Source: a virus
Taxonomy: Duplodnaviria > Caudoviricetes
Direction: 5' to 3' (one strand)
Virus record (IMG/VR): IMGVR_UViG_3300043399_000886
Span: 1-60,165 of that record
DNA length: 60,165 nucleotides
A program made the position numbers and the translations under genes. The notes below the pieces were generated by a model. The model was not told the DNA's origin. It worked only from the letters and a program-made list of their open reading frames with translations, and ran no database searches. This document shows positions 16,468 through 25,309 of the stretch, piece by piece (the first letter of the stretch is position 1; each line of letters starts with the position of its first letter).

Positions 16468-16495
16468 CCGCCCAAGGGGCAGAAAGAAGCAAGCA

Positions 16496-16981
16496 ATGGC
16501 ACAACTGATCGGTCTCGCGCGGCTCGGCCGCGATGCGGAGGTCCGCTACACCACCAAGGGTGATGCGGTCACCAACCTGTCCCTGGCCTTCAACTACGGG
16601 CGCAGGGGTGAAGACGGCAACCGCCCGACGCAGTGGGTCGATGGGTCCCTGTGGGGCAAGCGCGCCGAGTCCTTGGCCGACTACCTCCTGAAGGGCCAGC
16701 AGGTCGTCGTCACGCTGGACGACGTCCACATCGAGGAGTTCGACAAGAGCGACGGCACGCGCGGCAACAAGCTCGTCGGCAACGTCTCCTCCATCGAGTT
16801 CGCCGGCGGCCGACCGGATGGCGCACAGCAAGGGCAGGCCCCGCAGCAGCGCCAGGCTCCGGCGCAACGTCAGGCACCGGCGCAACGCCCTGCTGCGCAG
16901 GGCGGGCCGCAGACCGCGCAGCGCCACCAGCATCGCGCCTCGCATCCTTTCTCCGACATGGAAGACGACATCCCGTTTTGA
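16496..16981 (+). CDS. ssb: single-stranded DNA-binding protein
   Basis: RLGRDAEVRYT...W....LWGKRAE...YLLKGQQV; C-terminal DDIPF. Confidence 0.95.
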   Translation: MAQLIGLARLGRDAEVRYTTKGDAVTNLSLAFNYGRRGEDGNRPTQWVDGSLWGKRAESLADYLLKGQQVVVTLDDVHIEEFDKSDGTRGNKLVGNVSSIEFAGGRPDGAQQGQAPQQRQAPAQRQAPAQRPAAQGGPQTAQRHQHRASHPFSDMEDDIPF

Positions 16982-17037
16982 TGCCACCAACCGCGCGCCT
17001 GGCAACGGGCGCGCAACCACAGAGAAAGGAACTCTCC

Positions 17038-17346
17038 GTGAACAACGAATACGTCAATGAATACGATCTGTCGGGCAAGTCCGTGGCTTTCGTGCCTGTC
17101 GACGCGACCGACGCGCCCAAGCAGTCAGTTGAGCAACCAAAGCCGCAAGCCAAGCCCAAGCCCAAGCCCGGCCGGGTGATGATGATTGGTCCGGACAATG
17201 TTGTGTACACCAGCGTCGGCCTCCGCGAAAACGCCTACAGCTTTATCACGATGCTGGCAGAAGCCCGCGAGACGACGCGTGTGGATGTCGTCGACAAGAT
17301 CATCAACGACTACGCGATGCGGCTCCTCCGGAGCAACCCCGCCTGA
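17038..17346 (+). CDS. hypothetical protein (RHH-like C-terminus)
   Basis: GTG start after AAAGGA. Confidence 0.6.
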   Translation: MNNEYVNEYDLSGKSVAFVPVDATDAPKQSVEQPKPQAKPKPKPGRVMMIGPDNVVYTSVGLRENAYSFITMLAEARETTRVDVVDKIINDYAMRLLRSNPA

Positions 17347-17360
17347 ACAAGGAGCAAGAC

Positions 17361-17651
17361 ATGGAGCAAGCCGAGCACATCAGGTCGCGCCTGACCGATC
17401 CAGAGACCAGCCACGCTGCAGCGGAGGCGGCAGCCAAGTTCGCGGCCGCGCATTGCGACGCGATCATCGATGCGTTGAAGGAGGGTCCGGCCGGCAAGAC
17501 TCTCATCGCCAGGCGCAGCGGCATCGACGACGTGGCGGTTGCGCGGCGTATGCCGGAGCTGCAGCGCCTGGGCTCCATCGAGCTCACAGGGAACTCAGTT
17601 CGCAGTGCCACCGGACGCGCAGAGCGCGAGTGGCGCCTCAAGACCATCTGA
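17361..17651 (+). CDS. HTH protein (RxTDPETSHxAA family)
   Basis: RLTDPETSHAAA...RRMPEL...GR..REW; AAGGAG RBS. Confidence 0.75.
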   Translation: MEQAEHIRSRLTDPETSHAAAEAAAKFAAAHCDAIIDALKEGPAGKTLIARRSGIDDVAVARRMPELQRLGSIELTGNSVRSATGRAEREWRLKTI

Positions 17652-17664
17652 CCAAGGAAACACC

Positions 17665-18240
17665 ATGACCAAGATCATCGGCCTCACCGGCCTCGCTGGG
17701 TCCGGCAAGGACACCGTCGCCAAGATTCTCGTGCGCGAGCACAACTTCGCCGGCGTCGCGTTCGCCGACCCGATCCGCGCCATGCTGGGCGCCCTCCTCT
17801 TCCGCGTCGGAGCGGACGGCAGCTGGATGACCGATCGCGAGCTCAAGGAGCGCCCGACGCCTGTCGTCGGCGTGAGCTACCGCGAGCTCGCGCAGACGCT
17901 CGGCACCGAGTGGGGCCGCGCCATCAACCCGGACTTCTGGGTCAACATCGCCGGCGACCGCATCGAGCGCCTGATTGGTGCCGGATGCAGCATCGTCATC
18001 AGCGACGTGCGCTTCCCGAACGAGGTGGAATGGATCCGAGCTCGCGGCGGAGAAGTCTGGCACATCGCTCGCGAGCAGGTCGACCCGGTGCGTGAGCACG
18101 TCAGCGAGGAACACATCGCCGAGCTGCCGTGCGACCTCGTCATCGACAACAGCGGCACCCTCGAGGAGCTCGCGGCGCATGTGAACGCGGCGCTGCTGCC
18201 AGGCGAAGCCGCCGAGATCGAAGTCTCCAGCGTCATCTGA
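17665..18240 (+). CDS. deoxynucleoside monophosphate kinase
   Basis: IIGLTGLAGSGKDT, FADPIR, RELAQTLGTEWGR, ISDVRFPNE, HVSE. Confidence 0.9.
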   Translation: MTKIIGLTGLAGSGKDTVAKILVREHNFAGVAFADPIRAMLGALLFRVGADGSWMTDRELKERPTPVVGVSYRELAQTLGTEWGRAINPDFWVNIAGDRIERLIGAGCSIVISDVRFPNEVEWIRARGGEVWHIAREQVDPVREHVSEEHIAELPCDLVIDNSGTLEELAAHVNAALLPGEAAEIEVSSVI

Positions 18241-18248
18241 AGGACACC

Positions 18249-18716
18249 ATGAAGAGCAACTACTTCCGAACTGTCGAGTGGCTCTCCGCCTGCGGCAAGG
18301 AACCACGCAACGAGCAGCACCTGAGCGTGCAGATCGGCTGCCACCTCGAGGAGACGGTCGAGTTCCTGAACACCGTCTACATCGAGTCGACCACGGGCAT
18401 CAGCTCGAACGCGCTGCAGGAGGTCGCCGCCATCCTGAGCGCGATCGGCAACAACCTGAAGCGCGGGCACGCGACTGCCAAGATCTTCGACAAGGAAGCT
18501 GCACTCGATGCCCTGTGCGACTGCGAGGTCACCGGCAACGGCGTCGCGTTCTTGGCCGGCTTCGACAAGGCCGGCGCGGATGAGGCCGTGCTCGCCAGCA
18601 ACGAGGCCAAGCTCGTCGACGGCAAGCCGGTCATCAAGGAGGGTGGGAAGATCGGCAAGCCCGACGGATGGGCGCCGCCTGACCTGACTCCGTTCCTGCC
18701 GAAGGACGCCGCGTGA
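18249..18716 (+). CDS. MazG-like / all-alpha NTP pyrophosphohydrolase
   Basis: CHLEETVEF...LDALCDCEVT...V.ASN.AK...GKIGKP.GW.PPDL. Confidence 0.8.
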   Translation: MKSNYFRTVEWLSACGKEPRNEQHLSVQIGCHLEETVEFLNTVYIESTTGISSNALQEVAAILSAIGNNLKRGHATAKIFDKEAALDALCDCEVTGNGVAFLAGFDKAGADEAVLASNEAKLVDGKPVIKEGGKIGKPDGWAPPDLTPFLPKDAA

Positions 18717-18886
18717 GGCCTCCGCCGATGCTCAATGGCAGCCGCAAGAACACGGCGCCACTGCGTCGGTGCAGCCACTGCGGCACCGATCAGGACCCTT
18801 CTGGTGGCGTGTCGGTGACCGGTGACCGGTGGCTTTGCCGCCGCTGCTGGGCCAATAGGACCAGCCGCAAGAAGCCCTTCAAGTAA
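18713..18886 (+). CDS. small Zn-finger protein (57 aa, not in ORF track)
   Basis: GTGA coupling; CSHC...WLCRRC; TAA at 18884-18886. Confidence 0.6.
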   Translation: MRPPPMLNGSRKNTAPLRRCSHCGTDQDPSGGVSVTGDRWLCRRCWANRTSRKKPFK

Positions 18887-18888
18887 GT

Positions 18889-18926
18889 CAACTATTCGTT
18901 GGGTCGCGAGCGGGCACTCATAGAAT
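18889..18926 (+). promoter_or_regulatory. sigma70 promoter with operator overlapping -35
   Basis: CAACTATTCGTTG (18889-18901); TTGGGT-16 nt-TAGAAT, same geometry as 13239. Confidence 0.75.
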
Positions 18927-18953
18927 CCCGCTCAAACCAACAGAAAGCAAAGC

Positions 18954-19289
18954 ATGAGCAACCTGCGTCAGGCGATCAGCGAAATGAAAGAGCAGGCCGA
19001 CGACATCCTTGAGTCGTGCAGCGTCCACGGCGAGCCGTTCACGCGACTCGTGGTGACGATGTTCGAGGCCAACCAAATCGCGATGATCGTAGGACAGGTG
19101 TCCGCGCTCGCGGATGAAAAGCACCGGGCCCGCGCGAAGGAGCTCTGGGAAGTCTCTCTGTCGCTGCTGACGTCGATCGTCGTCAAGGCGACCGCGCACG
19201 TGGAGGACGACCTGCTGGAGAGCGCATCCAGCATGGCCGACGTGCTCATGCAGAAGCGCGAAGAAGCCATGCGCAAAGCCAACCTGTAA
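18954..19289 (+). CDS. hypothetical protein
   Basis: 111-aa ORF downstream of promoter. Confidence 0.7.
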   Translation: MSNLRQAISEMKEQADDILESCSVHGEPFTRLVVTMFEANQIAMIVGQVSALADEKHRARAKELWEVSLSLLTSIVVKATAHVEDDLLESASSMADVLMQKREEAMRKANL

Positions 19290-19302
19290 CCACGAGGAAC
19301 CC

Positions 19303-19488
19303 ATGAACGAAACTGTCAACATCACCGTCCCCGTCGAGACCGTCAAGGTCGCGCTGAAGGCCATGGACGAGCTGCCGCACAAGCAGGTGCGTGCGCACAT
19401 CGACCTGCTGGTCGAGCGCACGAACGCGAGCCTGGCGGAGCAGCAGGCAAAGCAAGAAGCAGCCGACGCGCCGGCCGAGCAGCCCTGA
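19303..19488 (+). CDS. hypothetical protein
   Basis: GAGGA RBS; ALKAMDELPHKQV motif. Confidence 0.7.
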   Translation: MNETVNITVPVETVKVALKAMDELPHKQVRAHIDLLVERTNASLAEQQAKQEAADAPAEQP

Positions 19489-19489
19489 C

Positions 19490-19897
19490 ATGATCTGCCC
19501 GCGCTGCGGCCAGGCCCGCACCAAGGTCCTGGAGACACGCTCGACTGGCCTGCTGGTCCGGCGCCGCAGCGCGTGCGATGCGGGGCACCGGTGGACGACG
19601 ATCGAGGTCCCCGAGACCGTGGTCAAGTCCATCGGTTCCTCGCGCCTGGCTCAGGCCATCGACACCCTGTCGCGCGGCGTGTCTGCGCGCCAGGAAGCTG
19701 ACTGGCGCCGCGAGACGGCTGTGACCATGCTGCAGGACGGCAAGACCGTTGCCGAGGTCGCAGAGGCGCTGCGCGTCACCGAAGCCCGCGTGCGGCAGAT
19801 CCGCTCCGCGACGCGCAAGGTCGAAGACCAGCCGCAAACGGCGACCAGCAGCGACCCCTTCAACTACATCCTGGCTTCACTGGGAGGCCGCCCATGA
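19490..19897 (+). CDS. NrdR-like Zn-ribbon plus HTH protein
   Basis: MICPRCG...TKVLETR...RRRSAC...HRWTTIE; C-terminal TVAEVAEALRVTEARVRQI. Confidence 0.75.
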   Translation: MICPRCGQARTKVLETRSTGLLVRRRSACDAGHRWTTIEVPETVVKSIGSSRLAQAIDTLSRGVSARQEADWRRETAVTMLQDGKTVAEVAEALRVTEARVRQIRSATRKVEDQPQTATSSDPFNYILASLGGRP

Positions 19898-20085
19898 AAC
19901 TTATCAGGTTGCCGCAGGTGATGGAGCGCGTCGGCCTGAGCAAGACCACCATCTACGAACAGATCAAGCGTGGGGCGTTCCCTGCCCCCACGAAAATTGG
20001 ATCGGCCAGCGCCTGGTCGGAGCTCGAAGTCGACGACTGGGTTCGCCAAGCACTGCAACTGCGCACGAAAGACCAACGTCCATGA
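19894..20085 (+). CDS. alpA: AlpA-family excisionase/regulator
   Basis: LIRLPQVMERVGLSKTTIYEQIKRGAFPAP.KIG...AW...EVDDW. Confidence 0.9.
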   Translation: MKLIRLPQVMERVGLSKTTIYEQIKRGAFPAPTKIGSASAWSELEVDDWVRQALQLRTKDQRP

Positions 20086-21029
20086 ACCTCATCAAAAACG
20101 CCCGCGTGTACCGCATCAACCTGCCAGGTCGGGAGGCACTGGCAAAGCACCTCGCCGAGATTCCGCACCGAGAGATCCGGCTGACCGAGGCCGAGAACGC
20201 CGGCTTCGTGCCGGTGCGAGAAGGCGAATGCTGGCCCGAGGAGCTCGGCCTGACCGAGTCGTTCCCCGGCGGCGTCGCGTTCGCCGTGCGCGTCGACAAG
20301 AAGGTGCTGCCGGCCAAGGTGGTCTCCGAGGAGGTCAAGAAGCAGGTCAAGACGCAACTCGAACAGAGTGGTCGTGCGCACCTCAGCAAGGCCGAGAAGA
20401 GGATCATCCGCGAGCAGGTGGTCGCCGACCTTGTCCGGACTTCGCACGTCGCCAGCCAGACGATCGTGTCGTTCTACCACGCCGAGTCGCGCCTGCTCTT
20501 CGTGCCCGTGGCCAGCCAGAACCTGGCCAACCGCGTGACGAACCTGCTGGTGAACGCAGTCGGCGCAGCCAAGACCGAGACGATCAACATCTCCGACGTG
20601 AAGGGCGGCCTGACGACGCGTCTCAACCAGTACCTTGTCGATGCGGAGAGCGGCGCGCCAAGCGAGGCCTTCGCCGACTTCGAGCTCTCTGGCGAGATCT
20701 GGCTCAACGGGTCGCAGGGCAAGGTCACGTACCAGCTGCGCGACGTCGACGCCGGCCACTCCGAGGTCTCTGTCCGCGGCCTGAAGGACGCGCTCAAGGA
20801 GGGCATGCGCGTGGACGCCATCCGCCTGGGTTACGGCGCGGCATCGTTCAAGCTGACCGCGGGCTTCAACTTCAAGTCGATCTGGTACGTCGGAGCTGAA
20901 GCGGCACCCGATGACGGCGACGACCTGTGGCGCCACGAGGCGTCAGTGCAGACGCTGTCGATGGTCGAGGCGGTCAACGCCCTGTGCTACATGTTCGACT
21001 ACAAGGAACCCGCGCAGGAGGCTGCATGA
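20082..21029 (+). CDS. rdgC: RdgC-like recombination-associated protein
   Basis: IKNARVYR...GFVPV...KKVLPAKVV...K.EK..IRE.V...L. Confidence 0.8.
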   Translation: MNLIKNARVYRINLPGREALAKHLAEIPHREIRLTEAENAGFVPVREGECWPEELGLTESFPGGVAFAVRVDKKVLPAKVVSEEVKKQVKTQLEQSGRAHLSKAEKRIIREQVVADLVRTSHVASQTIVSFYHAESRLLFVPVASQNLANRVTNLLVNAVGAAKTETINISDVKGGLTTRLNQYLVDAESGAPSEAFADFELSGEIWLNGSQGKVTYQLRDVDAGHSEVSVRGLKDALKEGMRVDAIRLGYGAASFKLTAGFNFKSIWYVGAEAAPDDGDDLWRHEASVQTLSMVEAVNALCYMFDYKEPAQEAA

Positions 21030-21574
21030 GCGGCATGAACAAGAAGGTGCCGCCGCTGCGCAAGGGCGCCGGCGTGGCCGAGATCATCGAGCACCTGCGC
21101 TCGCGCTGCGACGAGGACGGCGACTGCCTGATCTGGACCGGCGCCGTCAACACGCGGCCGAGCTTCATCCTCAACGGGCAGAAGGTCTCGGTGCGTCGCT
21201 ACCTCTACGAGCACACGCGTCGCCCGGTCTCGAAGAAGCTGTTCGTCTGCGCGGGCTGCGGGAACATGCGGTGCGTGAACCCGCACCACGTCAAGCTGCT
21301 CGACCACAAGGGCATCGCCGAAGCCGGCGTCAAGTCCGGCCGTCTCGGCTCGCCTGACCACGTTGCCCGCATGACGCAGTCTGCGCGCTCACGGTCGAGG
21401 ATCGACATCAACGTCGTCCGCAGCATCCGCGCAGCCGAGACTGTTCGAGAGGCGTGTGACCTCTCGGGCCTCCACGAGTCGCACGTCATCAAGATCCGGC
21501 GCAATCAGATCTGGCGTGAAGAAGTCAGCGGCGCCTCGGTGTTCTCGTGGCGCCCCAATGAGAGCGCGGCGTGA
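21026..21574 (+). CDS. HNH endonuclease-like protein (degenerate)
   Basis: DCLIWTGA...CGNMRCVNPHHV; usual HR/H residues substituted. Confidence 0.7.
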   Translation: MSGMNKKVPPLRKGAGVAEIIEHLRSRCDEDGDCLIWTGAVNTRPSFILNGQKVSVRRYLYEHTRRPVSKKLFVCAGCGNMRCVNPHHVKLLDHKGIAEAGVKSGRLGSPDHVARMTQSARSRSRIDINVVRSIRAAETVREACDLSGLHESHVIKIRRNQIWREEVSGASVFSWRPNESAA

Positions 21575-22038
21575 AGCTGCGTGATGCCGCCCAGCAGGCC
21601 CTGAGCCTGCTCAAGAGGCTGAGCATGCTGAACCCAGAGCCGCACGCGGTCTCAACCGTTGCGGCGCTGGAGGACGCTCTGGCGCAGCCTGAGCCGCGCA
21701 ACCAATGCGCGGAGACATGCGAGCGCGCCAGGTTGTGTGCGGTGTGCTCGATCGGCCTGGAAGAGGCGGGCCGACCTGCTGCGGGCTGGGACGACCCGAG
21801 CGTTCAGCTTGTGTATCGAATGCTGTGCGACTGCGAGGAGCCGCCGCCAGGCATGCACTGGGAGGGTTGGATGGCACGCCGCATTGTGGCCGAGCTGGCC
21901 GCCGGTCAGCTGACCTCGGAGGAGATCCGCACGCTTGCCGCCAGGCATCTGGACGAGTCGGTGGCCGAGCAAAGCAGCCCGAACGGCATCAAGGCATTCG
22001 CGCGCGCCATCGAGCAAGCGCAAGGAGAAGCGAGATGA
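21571..22038 (+). CDS. modular hypothetical protein (LRxAAQQAL family)
   Basis: KLRDAAQQAL...ALAQPEP...FARAIE. Confidence 0.7.
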   Translation: MKLRDAAQQALSLLKRLSMLNPEPHAVSTVAALEDALAQPEPRNQCAETCERARLCAVCSIGLEEAGRPAAGWDDPSVQLVYRMLCDCEEPPPGMHWEGWMARRIVAELAAGQLTSEEIRTLAARHLDESVAEQSSPNGIKAFARAIEQAQGEAR

Positions 22039-22442
22039 GTGGTGACCACAACATGCACTGCATCGCAAACCAGATCAAGACCTGGGTGCAGCGCTGCGAG
22101 GAGCATCCGGCTCACCAGAGCGGCATGGTGTCGCACTCGATGATCCAGCAGCGCATGCAGGAGGAGATCGATGACCTCCGCGCCGCGTTGGTGCAGCAGG
22201 AGCAGGAGAAACCAATGAACGAATGCAACCACGAATACGAACTCGACTTCAGGAGCAGCATCCACATCTGCAAGCACTGCGGGACGATGCGGAGCAACCG
22301 CCCGACCCAGAAGCCTGCTGGGTGGCTGTACGACTTACAGATAGACGGTCAGGTCGTGAAAGACTGGTTCACCCGCGATGAGTCTGAAGCAAAAAAGCAC
22401 GCCAACGTGCGCCCCCTCTATTTCGGACGCAACCATGACTGA
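22035..22442 (+). CDS. modular hypothetical protein
   Basis: AAGGAG RBS; LRAALVQQEQE, CNH...CKHCG, PAGW...RPLY. Confidence 0.65.
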   Translation: MSGDHNMHCIANQIKTWVQRCEEHPAHQSGMVSHSMIQQRMQEEIDDLRAALVQQEQEKPMNECNHEYELDFRSSIHICKHCGTMRSNRPTQKPAGWLYDLQIDGQVVKDWFTRDESEAKKHANVRPLYFGRNHD

Positions 22443-22833
22443 CCTACGCACCGCCGCCCATCAAGCTTTGGCGGCACTGGAGCGCGTGCAGCCGCAAGTC
22501 CGTGGGGCGATCCCGATCGGCGACGTGGAAGACGCGATTGCCGCCCTCCGCGTCGCGCTGGCACAGCCGGAGCAGGAGCCGGTGGCGTGGCGCATTGGCA
22601 AGTCGTACTGGAGCCACTACGAGTCCATCCCATCCGCGCTGCTGCCGCCCGCCAACACGCCGCAGCCTTTGTTCGCCGCCCCACCCCGCCGCGAGTGGGT
22701 GTCGCTGACGGATGAGGAAATCGACTCAGTGACAGATGCGCAGTGGGCCGCAAATAACCACAAGCCGATCTACGCAGCGCACCGCGCCAGCGCCCGTGCC
22801 ATCGAAGCCAAACTGAAGGAGAAGAACACGTGA
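22435..22833 (+). CDS. modular hypothetical protein (LRxAAQQAL family)
   Basis: DLRTAAHQALAALE...ALAQPEQEPVAW...WVSLTDEEI...ARAIEAKLKEKN. Confidence 0.75.
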   Translation: MTDLRTAAHQALAALERVQPQVRGAIPIGDVEDAIAALRVALAQPEQEPVAWRIGKSYWSHYESIPSALLPPANTPQPLFAAPPRREWVSLTDEEIDSVTDAQWAANNHKPIYAAHRASARAIEAKLKEKNT

Positions 22834-22946
22834 CCGCAGCTTTTGCCAACTTCCTTGCCTTATCCGCTGCAATGCTGATCATCACGGCTTCTGCTGCCCT
22901 AGCGGCCTGGATCATTCATCAAATAACCAAAGCGGAGGATAAATGA
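22830..22946 (+). CDS. 38-aa single-TM peptide (not in ORF track)
   Basis: GTGA and ATGA coupling at both ends; AAGGAG upstream; hydrophobic helix. Confidence 0.55.
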   Translation: MTAAFANFLALSAAMLIITASAALAAWIIHQITKAEDK

Positions 22947-23287
22947 CAAAACTACGCGAGGCCGCCCAGCAGGCGCTGGAGGCTCTGGAGTGGGCATCCG
23001 ACCTCAACGCAGTGGCGCAGAACCACACCCCTTTGCACGACGCCATCACCGCCCTCCGCGCCGCGCTGGCGCAGCAGGAGCAGGCCGAGCGTCGTCTGCC
23101 AATGGAGCTATACCGCGACGAGCAGCGGGATGTTCCCGAAGCCAGTTGGGGGAACAAGTACAGCGACATCGTGAGCGACGGAGGCATGGACCCGCGATCA
23201 AGGCCAAGCGACGCGCCACAAGCATGCCCACGCTGCGGCAAGCGACTCAGCGCCGACGGCATCCACACCTGCACACCGAGGGCGTGA
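22943..23287 (+). CDS. modular hypothetical protein (LRxAAQQAL family)
   Basis: KLREAAQQALEALE...LRAALAQQEQ...YSDIVSDGGMDPR...CPRCGKR...IHTCTP; GGAGG RBS. Confidence 0.75.
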   Translation: MTKLREAAQQALEALEWASDLNAVAQNHTPLHDAITALRAALAQQEQAERRLPMELYRDEQRDVPEASWGNKYSDIVSDGGMDPRSRPSDAPQACPRCGKRLSADGIHTCTPRA

Positions 23288-23568
23288 TGACCAAGAAGTC
23301 GAACTTCTGCGACACCTGCGCGCACTACAACGCGAAGCTGCGCAACGTATGCGAGGCGGGCCACCGGCCCCGGTTCTACTGCCCGGACACCTGGGCCCAG
23401 GCCTTCCATGGCGACTGGGGATGGAAGCGGCGTTGCGAGGACTTCGTCGCGAAGTCGACGGCCGAGCCCATGTGCATGTGCGCAGCTAGGCCTGCGGCGC
23501 AGTGCCCGGGCCCGTGGGAGCCTGGATGCGACCTTGGCGCGAACGAGGCTTACGTGGTGCGGGTCTAG
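23287..23568 (+). CDS. Cys-rich hypothetical protein
   Basis: TGATG coupling; CDTCAHY...C..GH.PRFY...WGWKRRC. Confidence 0.6.
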   Translation: MTKKSNFCDTCAHYNAKLRNVCEAGHRPRFYCPDTWAQAFHGDWGWKRRCEDFVAKSTAEPMCMCAARPAAQCPGPWEPGCDLGANEAYVVRV

Positions 23569-24832
23569 GCTTCGGCGGCGGCATCGGCTTGCTGCCGGCG
23601 GCCACCGTCTCGAGCCAGGTCGACCACTGCTCCATCATCGCGATGCGCTCGGCCAGGAACTCGGCCCGGTTGTAGGCGCCGTCGTAGTCCTTGTCGAGCT
23701 CGTGCGAGAGCTGCTTCTCGACGTAGCGATAGTCGACGAGCAGGACCTCCTCGAGGATCGTGCGGGCCATGGCGCGGAACCCGTGGTGGCAGTGCAGCCC
23801 CGCATACCCGAGCCGGTCCAGGGCCTGGGAGACGGCCTGGTCGGAGTACGGCTCGCCCGGGTCGCGCCCCGGGAACACGTAGCCCTTGCGGCCGACCACG
23901 CCCTGGTGGCGCTTGAGCAGGTCCACCACGAACGGCGACAGCGGCACCAGGTGCGAGCGGCGCTGCTTGAGTGCCTCCACCGGCACGGTCCACCGGTTGA
24001 GCTCGAAGTCGAACTGGTCCCAGGTCGCAAGGCGGACCTCCGCAGGGCGCTGGAAGACGTGGGCTGAGAACACCATCATCGTGCGCACTCCGTACTGGTC
24101 GTAGCCGCGCACGGCGCGCATCAGCTCGATCGCCTCAGCCTTGGTCGTCACCGCCGGCAGGTTGCGCTTGCGCGGGCGCATGAACGTCTTGAGCTGCCCG
24201 AAGGGGACTGGGCTCGTCTGCACGCGCGGCACGTCCTCATTCATGGCGTGCTCCCACATCTGGGCGAGCCACATGCGCACACGGCGCACCATCGTGTGGG
24301 CGCCGCGGGCCTCGATGCCGCGCAGGATGGCCAGGATGTCGGCGCGCTGCACCTCGGTGATCTGCTTCGAGCCGATCGCCGGGAAGACGTCCTTCTCCAT
24401 CGAGTTGTTGATGACGCTGCGGTAGGTCACGGCGAAGCGCTGCCGGCGGATCCAGGTGTTGTAGAGGTCGAGCACGGTGCCCTCGACGGCGTCACGCTCC
24501 ACGGGAGGGGCCGGCGCAGGCCTTGGCTGGGCCCTACGGAGCGCGATCCGCTCCTTGGTGGGGTCTACCCCTTGCTCGACCTTCTCGCGCGCTTCCTGGG
24601 CCTTCTGGCGGGCCCGCTGCAGGGTGGTCTGCGGCCACTCGCCGAGGAAGTAGGAGTTGCGCTTGCCGAGTCGGTAGCGGTAGGTCCAGGAAGCCCCGCC
24701 GCTGGGGCGCACGATCAGCAGCATGTTGCCGCCGTCGTTGATGCCGATGCGCTGGTTGCGCGTCTTCGCCTCCTCGAGGGCGGCCTTGATCCGGCTCTTG
24801 AGCTCGCGGTCGGTCAGCAGGTGCATCGCCAT
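23486..24832 (-). CDS. int: tyrosine integrase, P4-like with arm-binding N-domain
   Basis: DGGNMLLIVRPSGGASW.YRY...LGEWP..TL..AR; catalytic R (QRPAEVR), HGFR, QLSH, AYNRA. Confidence 0.95.
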   Translation of the reverse strand: MAMHLLTDRELKSRIKAALEEAKTRNQRIGINDGGNMLLIVRPSGGASWTYRYRLGKRNSYFLGEWPQTTLQRARQKAQEAREKVEQGVDPTKERIALRRAQPRPAPAPPVERDAVEGTVLDLYNTWIRRQRFAVTYRSVINNSMEKDVFPAIGSKQITEVQRADILAILRGIEARGAHTMVRRVRMWLAQMWEHAMNEDVPRVQTSPVPFGQLKTFMRPRKRNLPAVTTKAEAIELMRAVRGYDQYGVRTMMVFSAHVFQRPAEVRLATWDQFDFELNRWTVPVEALKQRRSHLVPLSPFVVDLLKRHQGVVGRKGYVFPGRDPGEPYSDQAVSQALDRLGYAGLHCHHGFRAMARTILEEVLLVDYRYVEKQLSHELDKDYDGAYNRAEFLAERIAMMEQWSTWLETVAAGSKPMPPPKPRPAPRKPRSRQGRIQAPTGPGTAPQA

Positions 24833-24862
24833 CGCCCGTCACCTCAGTTGGCTTTGCGGACA

Positions 24863-25105
24863 TGGTATTCCACGGGGCGTCTGGAACTCCACTGGAACTC
24901 CATCCGCGGCGGATACGGGCGAACAGCGGCGAACGCGGGCGGACGCCTTTGCGAGGGAAATCAGGGTCTTAGGCTTGGCCCCGGACGCGCACGGACGAGC
25001 GCGAACGGGGGGATGGCGGAGAGGGTGTCAGTCGATCTGCGCTGATCTGCAAGGGATTTTTCCAGGCGGAACTCCAATGGAAGCCCAGTAGAGACCTGAA
25101 CTCCA
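24863..25105. mobile_element. attP-like site: core matching tRNA-Ser 3' end, with arm-type repeats
   Basis: 25014-25027 reverse complement CACCCTCTCCGCCA; CTGGAACTCCA tandem at 24881/24892, variants at 24863, 25067, 25096. Confidence 0.75.
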
Positions 25106-25123
25106 AACTGCTACCCTGCCTCG

Positions 25124-25309
25124 GTGCGACGGGATGCCGACACCGTAGCATTGGCGATGTTCTTCGTCACACTGATCGTCGTCGGCTTCGGACTCGCGGC
25201 GGCCCTCATGCACGACGACGTGGTCAAGCTGCTCCTGGCGATGGCGTGGGCCGGCATGGCCTTGATGGCTGCCGGCTCCACGCTCTACGCGCTACTGTCG
25301 CTGCTGTAG
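25124..25309 (+). CDS. small two-TM membrane protein
   Basis: 61 aa, two hydrophobic helices, lone + strand ORF next to attP. Confidence 0.5.
   Translation: MRRDADTVALAMFFVTLIVVGFGLAAALMHDDVVKLLLAMAWAGMALMAAGSTLYALLSLL

Noticed and set aside
25014-25027. tRNA gene
   Set aside because: Only the last 14 nt of a tRNA-Ser are present; treated as att core
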